Shown here piece by piece: positions 52,391-64,000 of a DNA stretch of 64,000 nt. Each line of letters begins with the position of its first letter. Position 1 is the stretch's first letter. A program made the translations under genes and the position numbers. The notes beneath the pieces were generated by a model. It saw nothing but the letters and a program-made list of their open reading frames with translations. It had not been told where the DNA came from and made no database searches. Source of the stretch: Eledone cirrhosa (lineage: Eukaryota); the NCBI GenBank assembly GCA_964016885.1, contig OZ024744.1:80414001-80478000 (forward strand), read 5' to 3'.

Positions 52391-54443
52391 TTAGACTTAC
52401 CTACGACACTGACTACCTAGACAGCCATGACCTTAGACGTTTCTGCCCCAGTAGACCCATAAGAGGTAGACCCCCCACCATAACCTCAATGGCTAAAAAG
52501 ACTCCCATGGGAAGGTGGATTGGGAGGAACAAAGCTATACGGACCCCCCAAAACAATGATCAAGTATGAAAAATGGTCGCACATGCAATAGGGGCTAGTA
52601 TCAAAACTACCCTAAAGGGCCACATATTCAAGTTCAACGAGAAGATCTACACCCAAAATGAGGGAGCAGCCATTGGCGTCAGCATAGCTGGTGACGTTGC
52701 CAACCTTTTTATGGTATGGTGGAAAAGGAGACTTAAAGATCTCCTTAATGAGAGCTCCATAGACCTCATCGTGTACTCTCGTTACGTAGACGTTATCAAT
52801 ATAGTTATAAGAACATCCCCACAAGAGAGCACTAATAAGTTTGATTTAGAACGTAGCACAATGGAAAGCATCCAGCAGATAGCTAATTCCATACACCAGA
52901 GTATAACTGTAACTATCGACTACCCTTCCAAACACCCTAACAATAGACTACCTGTATTAGACACGGAACTCTGGATTAACACTATAGACGAGAGAGCCCA
53001 AATTCTCCACTCACACTATGCTAAACCCATGGCCTCCAAATACCTGATACTCAAAAACTCAGCAATGTCCAGTAGTGTTAAGTTTAATATTCTGATCGCA
53101 GACTTGGTACGAGTGATGAAGAACGTGTCCCGCATGTGCGACCCAACAGAAATGGAAAGACACATCCAACACTTCATCAACCGCATGCAGTTCTCTGGCT
53201 ACAACCAAAGAGACAGAATCAGAGTATACGAAGGAGCCACGGAGAAGTATAAGACCCTCATAGAACTGGACATGAAAGGAATTTGTCCATTATACAGGAG
53301 CAAATCATGGAATAGCTTAGATAGGGCTAGACATAAGATAGGGAAAGCCACCTCATGGTACGACAACCAGAGATATCAGAGTGTCATGTTTGTGGACGCT
53401 ACCCCTGGAGGGAAATTAGCTAACCAGTGTAGAAAGGCCCTGAGAAAGACCCACTTAAAGATTAAGGTGGTAGAAAAGCCAGGAACCACCATAAAACCCC
53501 TGATCAGCAAAACCTACCCTTTTAAGAAAACCCACTGTACTAATGTATCATATGTAAAGTAAACCCCCGGACAAACTGTAAAACTAGAAACGTAGTCTAT
53601 AGCATAAGATGTACAGAGGGTACTTGCAGAAACATGACAACAACATACATAGGCGAGACAGCTTGTAGCATAGGTGAAAGGATAGACCAACACTGGGGGG
53701 AACTAAAAGGACGGAAAAACGGTTCAGTACTATACGAACATGCCAGACAACACGACGGTAACATAGACAACATAGAAATTAGAATAATATCTAAACATAG
53801 AAATGACCCAGCAGATAGGCAAATCAGAGAGGCCAGTGAAATAGAACTTAGAAGGCCAAGGCTAAACAGAAAAAATGAATGGAATAACAACAACACCCAA
53901 ACAAACAACACTGACCTAAGAGAAGTATAAATAAATAAATAAATAGATAAATAAATAAATATATACATACACAAGCACAATAACAACAAACACATATAAA
54001 CACACACTAGTAAAGATAGAATACATTAATCAATACACAGCCACCCAATCACGAACACACATCAAACAAAACACTATACACACACGCAAACGCATGCGCA
54101 AAGAAGACAAAATAAAATAAACAAATAAATAAATATATAAACAGACTAAATAAAGATGGCGTAGAAAATACAATGCAACGGGAGGAAACAATAGCACCAC
54201 TGACGATGTTGCAGATGTGCAACGAAAGAACTTTGATAAACTATATATATGTGTTTGTGTCTATATTGTATCTGTATTTTTGACCGTTGGTCAGTCAATG
54301 GCAACATTGAGGACCGAATAAATTAGATTACCGATATAAAAGACACAGAAGTGAAAAGCGAAAAACAACCAAACAGTGAGTGTGTTCTGTTATTAATTCT
54401 GGCAATATTACACAAATATGACCCTCCCCAAGTATAACAATAT
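52391..54443 (+). mobile_element. Penelope-like retroelement, 5' truncated
   Basis: RT ORF 52573-53562 (YTQNEGAAIG, ANLFM, RYVDV with the second Asp lost, LPVLD, HYAKPM) followed by a frameshifted GIY-YIG (NVVYSIRC..YIGET..ER..QH) to 53930. Confidence 0.88.
54200..54227 (+). ncRNA. Hammerhead-ribozyme-like core in the Penelope 3' region
   Basis: CUGACGA-u-GUUGCA-gaug-UGCAAC-GAAA; stems I and III are not clearly formed. Confidence 0.45.
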
Positions 54444-55324
54444 ATATATATATATATTTCTTAAGGTTTGTTGGTTCACCACTAGATAGAACTGGTCATT
54501 CCGTATGGTCAATCCTGGTGTAATATTGTGAAGAGTACTCAACGCAGTGCAGTTCACCCATCTTCATTTGTGTAGCTGGTGGTGCGAATACGGAGTTAAT
54601 TATAAATGAAATAACAGGAGGTTGGACTGGTGTAAATCCTTGAAAGGTTTATTATACTATGATCATTTCAATGACTGGATTCCATATGAATCCGGTGATA
54701 TCATCAGGTATTGGAATATAACAAAGGAATATGTAAAAAGCCATGGGTCCGAAAAACCATGGGTCTGGGAAACCAGAGACAGAAAGGGCGGCTGACCAAC
54801 TAGCTTCACAGCTAGCCGCTCTCAAAGTGTTGGCAACCGAAAACTACCAGTGAATATCTGGTAAAGGGGCGCAGGCCTATCATATACTACCACCACTCCG
54901 TCAAAGAAGAAAGGGAAGAAAGAAAGAAAGAAAGAAAGAAAGGGAGAAAGAAGTGTAGTGTAAGGGTCAAACTACATTCATGTTAGAAAATGCCGCGAAA
55001 AAAATGCTACCCAAAGAATCTATAGTGGGTGTCTGTATGGTCTAATGTGTGAACCGAAGATTGGAACGCTAAACTTATGTTGCGAGTTATAGGATGAAAT
55101 AAATTAAATTAAAAATATTATATTGCAAAATGGTAAATTGAAAAATAGAGGTAGCGAGATTTATTTATTTAACGAACTTACGGAGAGAGTCTTATATGAA
55201 AAAAATGTTTTTATTTAATTCCATAAGATATTAGGATGGGATATAGAGTAAAGATTTCGACTGGGAGTTCCAGCCAGCACACCCACCACCACGAGTCAGC
55301 CAGTCTCGAGTGGTATCGTCCAGC

Positions 55325-56765
55325 GATCGTCAACAACAGGTGGTGGTTCGCCCTGAAAAGGGCAATTAAAGTAGAGTCGATTAGGTTTAGCAAAGGAGTA
55401 GTGATAGAGGAAAATAGAGTAGAGGGAGGGCTAGTCAGAAAGCTAGAAGAGGCGTTTAGGACAGGCATCGCAACCGACGTGCTTGCAGCGAGATTGGCAC
55501 TCGATCAATTCTTCAACGCAAAACACGAAGGCTGCGTTGTCAGAGCTAGAGCGCGTGCTCTGAAACACGAGGAGACAAAAGCCGTCCAATGGGCCCGGGT
55601 GGCAGAGGCGCGACGTGGCAACAAAGACACAATTCGCTCTTTGTCTGACCAAAACGGGTGCGTGATGCTCGAACCCGAGCGGATGTGTGAAGCTTTTCAG
55701 CAGCACTTTGCTGAACTGTTCGGGAGTGACGGCGGCCCGGATCGGGTCATGGACTTCAGTGCATACCTCGACGGACTGCCTCGGCTCTCGACGACCGCAG
55801 CACAGTGTTGCGAAAAGCCAATAACAGCCGGTGAAATACGGGAAGCGATGGCTAACTGCACAAGGGGTAAATCGCCAGGTTTGGATGGTCTACCCTACAA
55901 GCTTTATGCATTTATGCCAGACTTGTTCGGTGACCTCTTGGCAGACGTCTACTGCAATTGGCAGCAGAACGGGAGCATTCCCAGTTTTGTGAGCCGGGAA
56001 GCAGTGGCGCTGCTGAGAAAAGACCCGAACAAGGGGGATGTTATCGATAATTTCAGGCCCATAACCCTGCATTGCTGACTTGTGGAGCTATGTCGAACAG
56101 TTGCTGTCGCGTGTGGGACTGATACGGTTGTCGACTGAGTCCATTGTGCAGATGGTCTCGCCGTCTTCCTTCGAGGAGGAAGGGCAGGCGGTTTTCATCT
56201 GCCTGGTGGCCATGGCGAAAGAGATTGTGTGGTGGACAAGGTTAAAAGGGTTAAAGACAGACACTTTCCTCTTCGGCGAATCCCTAATTAACTTCTTCAA
56301 GTTTCACTTGAAGAGGAAAATCAGGGTGGAGAGGCAAGTGCTGCCTTCTAGCAAGTTTGTTGAAAGGTGGGTGAATGTAGTGAGAATGGTCCTAGTGAAC
56401 GGGACCGCTCTGAATATACGTCTGTTTGAGAAATGAAAACATTGAGAGAGGGCGCTTGCTCTGATGGGCAGGGTGGCCGTGGTCTTTTGTGTGGTTTTCG
56501 TCACGAGTAACTTTCGGAGGTTTCCCCCCTATTGGGGAATTTTTCATTGTTTCAATTTTCATTTTTATTGTTTATATATATATATGTTTCTATGTCCTTT
56601 TTTTTTCTTTTCTTATATAAATAATAAAAATATTTACACGCACAAAATCATCATTGTACCGTCCTGTACCGTCCTGTGCCGTCTGTAATGTTTTTCTTGA
56701 TGTCAGCCCTTGTGGCCAATAAAGAAATTATTATTATTATTATTATTATTATTATTTTTATTATT
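55325..56765 (+). mobile_element. Tx1/L1-like LINE 3' fragment with the RT core deleted
   Basis: KSPGLDGLP..NFRPITL joins directly (~56070) to the C-terminal segment homologous to ~62000-62357, then 3' UTR, aataaagaaa and (TTA)n. Confidence 0.85.
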
Positions 56766-57155
56766 GGCGACCTACGTAGTAAATCGTATCATCGTGAGCT
56801 CCGCAAAGGTTTGTTATTTTCAGTTATTTAAAATGCCATTTATGGAAATTTTTTATTGTTAACTGTATATAAGTGCACATACGTTGATTTCTGAAAAGGA
56901 CACCTAAAAAGATTGGGGCCTTGTGCCCAAAATTTAAACTTTTATGATTATCAAAAAATTTCTTTGAAAAAATCATGACTGACTCACCTCTGCACCAAGC
57001 AACTGAGAGCCTTCCTCACAAACTAACACCTCACACCGACACCACCATTGTAAATATTACTACGTTTGCCAACACTAAAAAAAATATAAGCAGTAGCAAT
57101 ATTTTAAATTTGTCTTAGGCAGACATTCATTTCCCGCCATTACCAATGACTGCAG

Positions 57156-58956
57156 GTGTTAAAGCCGCCGCCATCACCACCACCGCGACAACCCCCCCCC
57201 CCCCTCACCACCGCGACAACAGAAACAAAAGAAAAAAATAAATTAACTCGTAATATCGAAATGAATTCAACCAAAATGAACTCTTCCACACCGAACACCA
57301 CTGACGCCACCACCACCACAACTGAAACTAAAATTAATAATAACAAAAATAACGATAACAACAACAGCAACAATGACATTAAGAAAACCACCCTGAGTTT
57401 TGCCAGAGTAGCAAAACAGTGCGAAGCATTTCAGGTAACTCAGGAGGAATTAGAAGAAGCCAAAAAAATGGTAAAGAAAGATGGGTACAGGGTGAGCCTC
57501 ACCCCCCCCACCCCACCTAATAAAATGGACCATCGGCGCCTATGCACCGTGTCTTATCGAACAATTAATATAAAATCGCGCCGAGTGGAACGGGCATCCG
57601 AGTCCCAAATCCAAAAAGCTTTGGGACATGTGTGGGCAAAGAAAACCCACATCAGACGTGGGCAGAAGTATGGAACCGTGGACGTGTTCTTTGAAACACC
57701 ACAGGAGGCTAGAGAACACTCCGTGGCCCCATTAAGAAGTGACGACTTCACACTCTTCCCAAGCTATTGTGGCCAGAGACTCGTAAAGATCAGGGTCATC
57801 CACGTTCCACCGGCCATCGAAATTCCCTGGCTAATAGCTGCTGTCCTCGCCGGCATCGAAGCCAACACCAAGATAATCGAAATAGCGAAAGAAAAGCAGG
57901 AGAACTGGTCCGGATCTGGGATGGAGCTCCTGATCCAAGCGGACCAAAAAAGCATTGAGGAGATCCCAGAGGTAATAGACCTCACTGACAGCAGCCACCT
58001 CACCGTAATTGTCGAGGGCAGAAGGCCTAGGTGTGTCGTTTGTGGTGAAGGAACCCACCTAAGGGCTTTCTGCTCTCAGGCTAAAAGGTTAAGGCCACCT
58101 CTCCTACCCATCCCAGTGACTCAACCATCAACACCACCAGCAGCAGAGATGGCAGCAACAACTGTAGCAGCAACAACAGAAGCAACTGTAACAGCAACAA
58201 CCCCAGCAACAGTAGCAAAACCAACACCACCACCACCCAACGCGCCAGAACTAACACCAGCGCCTACACCATCCACCACGCCACAACCAAAACCAACGCC
58301 TGTGGAGGATTTTCCACTCCCCGGCCTATCACAACTGGAGACAGATTGTGACGACGAGGAGTGGGAAACGGTATCAGGAAAAAAGAAAAAAAGAAACCAA
58401 AAAAGAAAAAAATTCTCTTCCTTCCCCCTCCAAAAACAAAATACAGAGGGAAACAAATAAACTATCAAACAAAAAAGTTAGGACAGACATGCCACCATCC
58501 ACACCAGCATCACCAACCCCATCACCCCAAACACCAACACCATCACCATCACCATCATTAACCCCAACACCACCATCACCTACACCACAAAAGTCACCAA
58601 AATGCGAAACAGAAACAAACCCACAACAAACGCAAACAAAACAAAACAACCAAAACGATACACACTACACAGCATTAAATTTGAACAACAACCAATTATT
58701 ACACTACATCCAACACAACACCAGCATCACAGAAAAAGACTACACAACAACCCAAAAGTTCACACCACCTCCACACATACAAATCACTCACATCACACAG
58801 AAAACGTACATGACACTAAAACAAAAATTCCCCAAAGACATCGGAGACTTCCGACAAGCACTCTCCAGGAGGATTTATAAGGACATCCTTCCTGAGGAGG
58901 CCACAAGCAGTGAAAAAGATGGAGAAACCGTCCTTCCTCTACGAGAAGTAAGGTAA
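57156..58956 (+). pseudogene. LINE ORF1 (RRM-like region plus CCHC knuckle), frameshifted
   Basis: GTVDVFF, and CVVCGEGTHLRAFC (CX2CX4HX4C); Pro/Thr-rich tail continues in the 58348-58956 frame. Confidence 0.8.
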
Positions 58957-58990
58957 GTGGTCTTTCCCATTTTTTCCACTCCATTTCAAC

Positions 58991-61900
58991 ATGACCTCAT
59001 TCAGAATAGGCAGCATAAATGCGCGTGGCTTGGGGTCGTCATGGAAGCAGGGCCACATGCTCAACGACCTCAGGTCACTAAACATAGATGTAGTGGCCAT
59101 CAGCGAGACCAGAATCTCCGAAGCGGCTACGATGTGTACGCATCTCCCAGCCGTCCGGGATCGGGGGGGGGGGGAGTTGCTGTGCTTTTTCGGAGAGGTT
59201 TGGATCTTGCTATACGGGCCATCTTCCTGGACCCAGAAGGTAAGTTGGTGGTGCTGGTCGTGACCAGCGGAGACGGGCAAGCTTTCAGGTTAGTGGCCGT
59301 CTATGCCCCGACAGGAGCAAGACGGCCTGATTTCTTCCGGCGTCTGGAGGCGTTTCTTGGAACGTCCCGCTCTTTAGTCTTAGTGGGCGACTGGAACGGG
59401 ATCTTAGATGCACGCTGGGACTGTGTGGGATTAGTGGATAGGGGAGGAGGGTGCAAGAGTCTCACCAACCTGCTCAGGCGTTTCGAACTGTCTGACAGGT
59501 ACCGATTGGATTTCCCGAATGTGCCAATGTGGACTTGGACAAATCGTATAGGGTCATCCAGATCATATCTAGATAGAGTATTTTGTAGGGAAATAGATAG
59601 GTCTAGCATAGGCTGTCCACAATTCAAGATAGTCAGCTACACGGACCACACATTCGTGATCTGTGTGCTTGACTTAGATAGGTTTCATAGACGAGGACCC
59701 GGCTACTGGAAGCTAAACGCGTCCTTACCAGCGCGCGGGGCCTACAGAGACTGGATTAACGAGCTAGTTAAGCGAGCGTTGACGGGGGCCATCGTCAACA
59801 ACAAGTGGTGGTTTGCTCTGAAAAGAGCAATTAGAATAGAGTCCATTAGGTTTAGTAAGGCTTTAGCAATAGAGAAAAATAGAGCAGAGGGAGAATTAGT
59901 TAGAAAATTAGACGAGGCGCTTAGCAAAGGCATCGCGACCGACGTACTTGCGGCGAAATTGGCCCTTGACCAATTCTTCAATGCAAAGCACGAAGGCTGA
60001 GTTGTCAGAGCCAGGGTGCGTGCTCTCAGACACGAGGGGACGAAAGCCGTTCAATGGGCCCGAGTGGCGGAGGCGCGTCGTGGTAACAAAGCCACGATCC
60101 GGTCTTTGGTGGACCACGACGGGCGCATGCTACTCGATCCCGGGCAAATGTGTGAAGCTTTTCAGCGACACTTCGCACAGCTGTTCGGGGGCAGCGGCGG
60201 GCCGGATCGAGGGATGGACTTTAGTGTCTACCTCGACGGACTGCCGCGGCTCTCGGTCACTGAGGCGGAGTGTTGCGAAAAGCCGATAACAGCCGCTGAA
60301 GTAAGGGAGGCAATGACTGGCTGCACAAGGGGTAAATCGCCTTGTTTGGATGGTCTGCCCTATGAACTTTACGTACAGATGCCAGACTTGTTCGGAGGCC
60401 TCTTGGCGGACGTCTACTGCAACTGGCAACAGAACGGGAGAATTCCCAGCTCTGTGAGCTGTGGCGCTGCTGAGAAAGGATCCGAACAAGGGGGATAACA
60501 TAGATAATTTCAGGCCCATAACTCTGCTAAACACAGAGTTCAAGATTTTGGCCAAGGTGCTAGCAAAGAGGTTGGCGCTTGTCGTTGGTGGTCTGGTGTG
60601 AGAGGCGCAGACAACCACGACAACCTCCACCTCATGCGATACATCGTAGAGAGGGTAGCTATGGAACCTGGCACGGGTGGGTCCTTGATCAATTTAGATC
60701 AGTAGAAAGCATTCGATAGGGTCGACCATCGTTACCTAGCGGCAGTCCTGAGGGCGGCTGGCTTTGGGCCCCTCTTCAGAGGCTGGATCGCTGCCATGCA
60801 CAGCGACATCTGCTCTGTGGTGAGAGTGAACGGTCACCTTTCGGAACTGTTCAACATTATGCGCTCGGTCCGCCAAGGATGTCCCCTCTCGTCCCTCTTG
60901 TACGTATTGACTCTCGAGCCATTACTGCACAAACTGGAGACGTTGAGGGGGGTCCCGCGCGAACTAGGATGCGGAAGATCCGTGTCAGCATATGCGGACG
61001 ATGTCACCGTATTGGTGTCGAACGCCAAACACATCGAGGCGATCGGCACTACACTAAGAGAATACGAAGCGGTAACAGGAGCAATGATCAACCAGGAAAA
61101 GTCAGTGGGCCTGCAGCTCGGCACCTGGAGAGGCAGGTCCATGGCGTCCAACAGCGTCGTCGGGCGCTGGACGGACGGACCGTTTAAATTGCTAGGGGTC
61201 TGGTTCGGTCCGGACCTCCAGACGGACAAATACTGGGACGAGGTGACGAGCAGGGTGGCTTCTCTCACCCAGAAATGGGCGGAGCAGAAGCTATCCCTGA
61301 AAGGTCGAGCGGAGGTGGCTAACGCGTACATCGCGTCCGTCATCTACTACCGCCTGACCGTCGTACCTTGTCCTAAGCCCCGCCTGACTGCGCTGGAGCG
61401 TTTGCTCTTTCGCTTTTTGTGGAAGGGACGCGCTCCGATGGTCAGGTGGTCCATCTGCTGTCAACACCTGCTACGTGGAGGGCTGGGCATGCCGTGGCTG
61501 ATGATGCGCAGACACGCGCTCAGGCTACGACATCTCCACCTCTTCCTCGACGGTGATCAGGTGTGGTCGCCGTTTGCTAGACACATCTTTCCCCAGCTCG
61601 TCTCCTTGACGGAGCTGCAGTCCTGGGTCAAGCGAAGACCGAAAGGGAGCGCTTGGAGACTGGAATGTCTTCAGGCGCTCACAGCCCTCGACCAATCCGG
61701 CAATGTGATCGGTTGAAACTCCACCTTGGCGTTCTATAGAGGATTAGTGGAGGGGAAGAGCGACAACGTACTTGGAGAAACTCTAGGCGTCGACGAAAAT
61801 CAACTAGCCAATCTCTTCGGAAGGACTTTCGGGCCGGGGCCTATGGACAACTTCCAGAAATCCCTGGCCTGGCAGTGTTACCGAGGAGCTTTGCCAGTTC

Positions 61901-62357
61901 GGGATAAACTCTACAGGCATGGAGGTGCCGTCAGCCGGGCATGTCCGAGATGCGCGCAGGGCGACGAAACCGTCCTGCACGCACTCGTCCAGTGTCCGAG
62001 CATTGCTGACTGTGGGTTTATGTCGAACACCTGCTGTCACGTGTAGGACGGATCCAGCTATCAGCTGAGTCCATTGTGAGGATTGCCCCGCCCTCTTCCG
62101 TTAGCCGGGAAGGGCAGGCAGTTTTTATCTATCGGGTGGCCATGGCGAAAGAGATAGTATGGTGGACACGTTTGAAAGGGCTGAAGACGAGCACTTACCT
62201 CTTCGCTGATGCTCTGATTAACTTTTTCAAATTTCATTTGAAAAGGAAAATCAGGGTAGAGAGGGAAGTGCTCTCTTCCCAGCATTTTGTTGAAAGAAGG
62301 GTGAGAGAAGCAAGTATGGCCCGAGTGAATGGGCCTACTCTGAGTATGTGTCTGTAA
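58991..62357 (+). pseudogene. LINE ORF2 (APE endonuclease, RT, C-terminal Zn motif), disrupted
   Basis: SINARGL, ISET, GDWN, YLDR, YTDH, GYWKLN, SVRQGCPLS, AYADD and CPRC..ETVLHALVQC; several stops and frameshifts. Confidence 0.92.
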
Positions 62358-62616
62358 ATTAAAGGTGGAAAACTGGGAGAGGGCACTTGCCCTGGTGGTC
62401 AGGGTCACTGTGGCCTTTTAATGGGCTTTCTCCACAAATGTCCCTCGGAAGCCCCCCCCCCCCCCCCCCCCCCCATTGGGGAATTTTTCATTGTTATTTT
62501 TTATTACATCCTCTGTTTTTTTACACGCAGAAATGCCCATTTGTACCGTCCTGTATTGTCCTGTACTGTCCTTAATGTTTACTTTATGTAAACCCTTGTG
62601 GTTAATAAAGAAAACA

Positions 62617-62790
62617 TTCCAGCATAGTTACGTCCCTTTACGATCTGAGTTCAAATCCCGCCGAGGTTGACTTTGCCTTTCATCCTTACGGGATCGATAA
62701 AATAAAGTACCAGTAATGCACTGGGTAATTGCTGGCCTTGTGCCTAAAGTAGAAACAATTATTATTATTATTATTATTATTATTAATAAT
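62617..62790 (+). mobile_element. 5'-truncated SINE directly after the LINE 3' end
   Basis: SINE body from ttccagcatagttacg through ctaaagtagaaac and a (TTA)n tail. Confidence 0.85.
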
Positions 62791-62809
62791 AATATATATA
62801 TATATATAT

Positions 62810-63192
62810 GAACAAGTATGACTCCGACGGCAGAGCTCAAGCCGTTTCGACGGCTATTTCTGGATTAAATTAGAATTTTTAGCCTGGTGAATAAATAGCC
62901 GAACTTGTCAAGGGGGTACTTCCTTATATGGGAACATTGTAGTTGTCAAGAGAATTGGTCAAAATTTGTTGTAAATACAAATAAGTCTATCATGCATTTG
63001 GTGGGAGGTAGAGGTGGCTGAACTTGCCTGTAGAACAATGAGGGAGTGAGTGGAGCGTTCAGGTCAAGCATTGAAGGTGATATGTATACAGCAGATTCTA
63101 AGGATAGTGTATGAAGTGGAGGAGGGAGGTTATAGAATAGGTAAATCGAATGAGAGTAGGAGACAATAAAAGATAATAGAAATAAAAAAAAC

Positions 63193-63223
<31 letters not shown>

Positions 63224-64000
63224 GATAGTGTGAGATGAATAAAAAAAATCACAATGCTATCTTACAATTAAGTTGAGAATAGAAAAAACTTGTAGAAATT
63301 GAGTAGTAACAAAACTGATACAAAATTTAAGGGGCTTAACATCTATAAGTAGTTAGTAAAAGGTATTCGGCCAATTCTATCTTAAAATTACAGGGGTGGG
63401 AGAACTGATGCTACAGAGGCCCGATGGGCTGCATTGGGGTAGGCGAAAGGGGAAAAGCTGACGAGGAAGAAAATAGGGGGTGGAAGGAAGTGATAGGATG
63501 AGACAGGGGGAAGAAAACAAAGAGGAAAAGAAAAGAGATATATCTACCTATGTAAGCTGGGGTTTCCTCTAACTTATTCGGCAAGTGTGTGTGTGGGGGG
63601 CGGGGTTGGGGGTGGGGGTGTATCAGCCCTTGTCTACCTACCCGGGTCGTTATGGGGTTTGAGGGCGAGGTAAGTCCTACGCAATCGGTGTTTGCATGCG
63701 GTTACCAGTTCGTCTTTCTTGTTTAGGAGTTGATTCTTCGAAAACAGCATTTGTAATGTTTCCTCTGAGCATAAGTTACACGGAGTTAGCTCTGGACAAT
63801 AAGCTCCAAGTGAGATTGTAGGTTATATTATTATCTTGGAGGTCCCAGATGTGGCCCGAAAGTGTAGTGGCATGTGGCCCGAAAGTGTAGTGGCATGTCG
63901 CCGGACAGGGTTTCGGAAAGTATGTCGGTGTTAGTAGAGCCGGGTCTTGAAGTCACAAGCGGTTAATCCTATATAAGCTTTGTTGGAGGTGTCCGTCCTC
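62810..64000 (-). mobile_element. 3' part of a second Penelope-like element (GIY-YIG C-terminus and 3' region)
   Basis: Minus-strand translation of ~63680-64000: KAYIGLTACDFKTRLY*HRHTF..TTLSGHIWDL..CNLCSEE..LLNKKDELVTACKHR. A 23-bp tandem duplication at 63849-63894 shifts the frame. Confidence 0.75.
62821..62918 (-). ncRNA. Type I hammerhead ribozyme candidate (U3-A8 core variant)
   Basis: Minus strand: UUGACAA, stem II cggcuauuu/aaauagccg, GAAAC, stem III ggc/gcc and GUC cleavage triplet; stem I is weak. Confidence 0.55.

Larger units (their letters stand above)
56767..62614 (+). mobile_element. Near full-length Tx1/L1-like LINE, decayed
   Basis: 5' UTR, ORF1, ORF2, and a 3' UTR ending cccttgtggttaataaagaaaa. 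Confidence 0.92.

Noticed and set aside
55210-55322. GC-rich segment before the LINE fragment as an snRNA target site
   Set aside because: I could not match it to any snRNA or tRNA I recognise; an Rfam search would be needed.

Overview
Eukaryotic, repeat-dominated genomic window. The SINE family, microsatellite load and TE mix suggest an invertebrate, probably an octopus or other cephalopod (inference only). The only host genes seen are three tandem, intronless effector-type (caspase-3/7-like) caspase ORFs at 11.5-15.8 kb. Copy 1 has a canonical QACRG. Copy 2 has the catalytic Cys replaced by Ser (QASRG) in an otherwise intact ORF. Copy 3 has two QACRG motifs from a diverged in-frame 45-bp duplication. 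The ~1.66-kb units are joined by a truncated SINE found only at the two internal junctions, and the coding differences between copies are almost all non-synonymous. The rest of the window holds a ~21-kb 40-bp satellite apparently lying inside a LINE ORF1, two defective Helitrons, a deleted Gypsy element with an unusual inverted-repeat-rich upstream region, several Tx1/L1-like LINE copies, a Charlie/Buster hAT with an NTCTAGAN TSD, two Penelope-like elements with hammerhead-like motifs, an RTE-like remnant, a MITE-like foldback and many SINEs. All alignments and counts were done by eye; no database searches were run.
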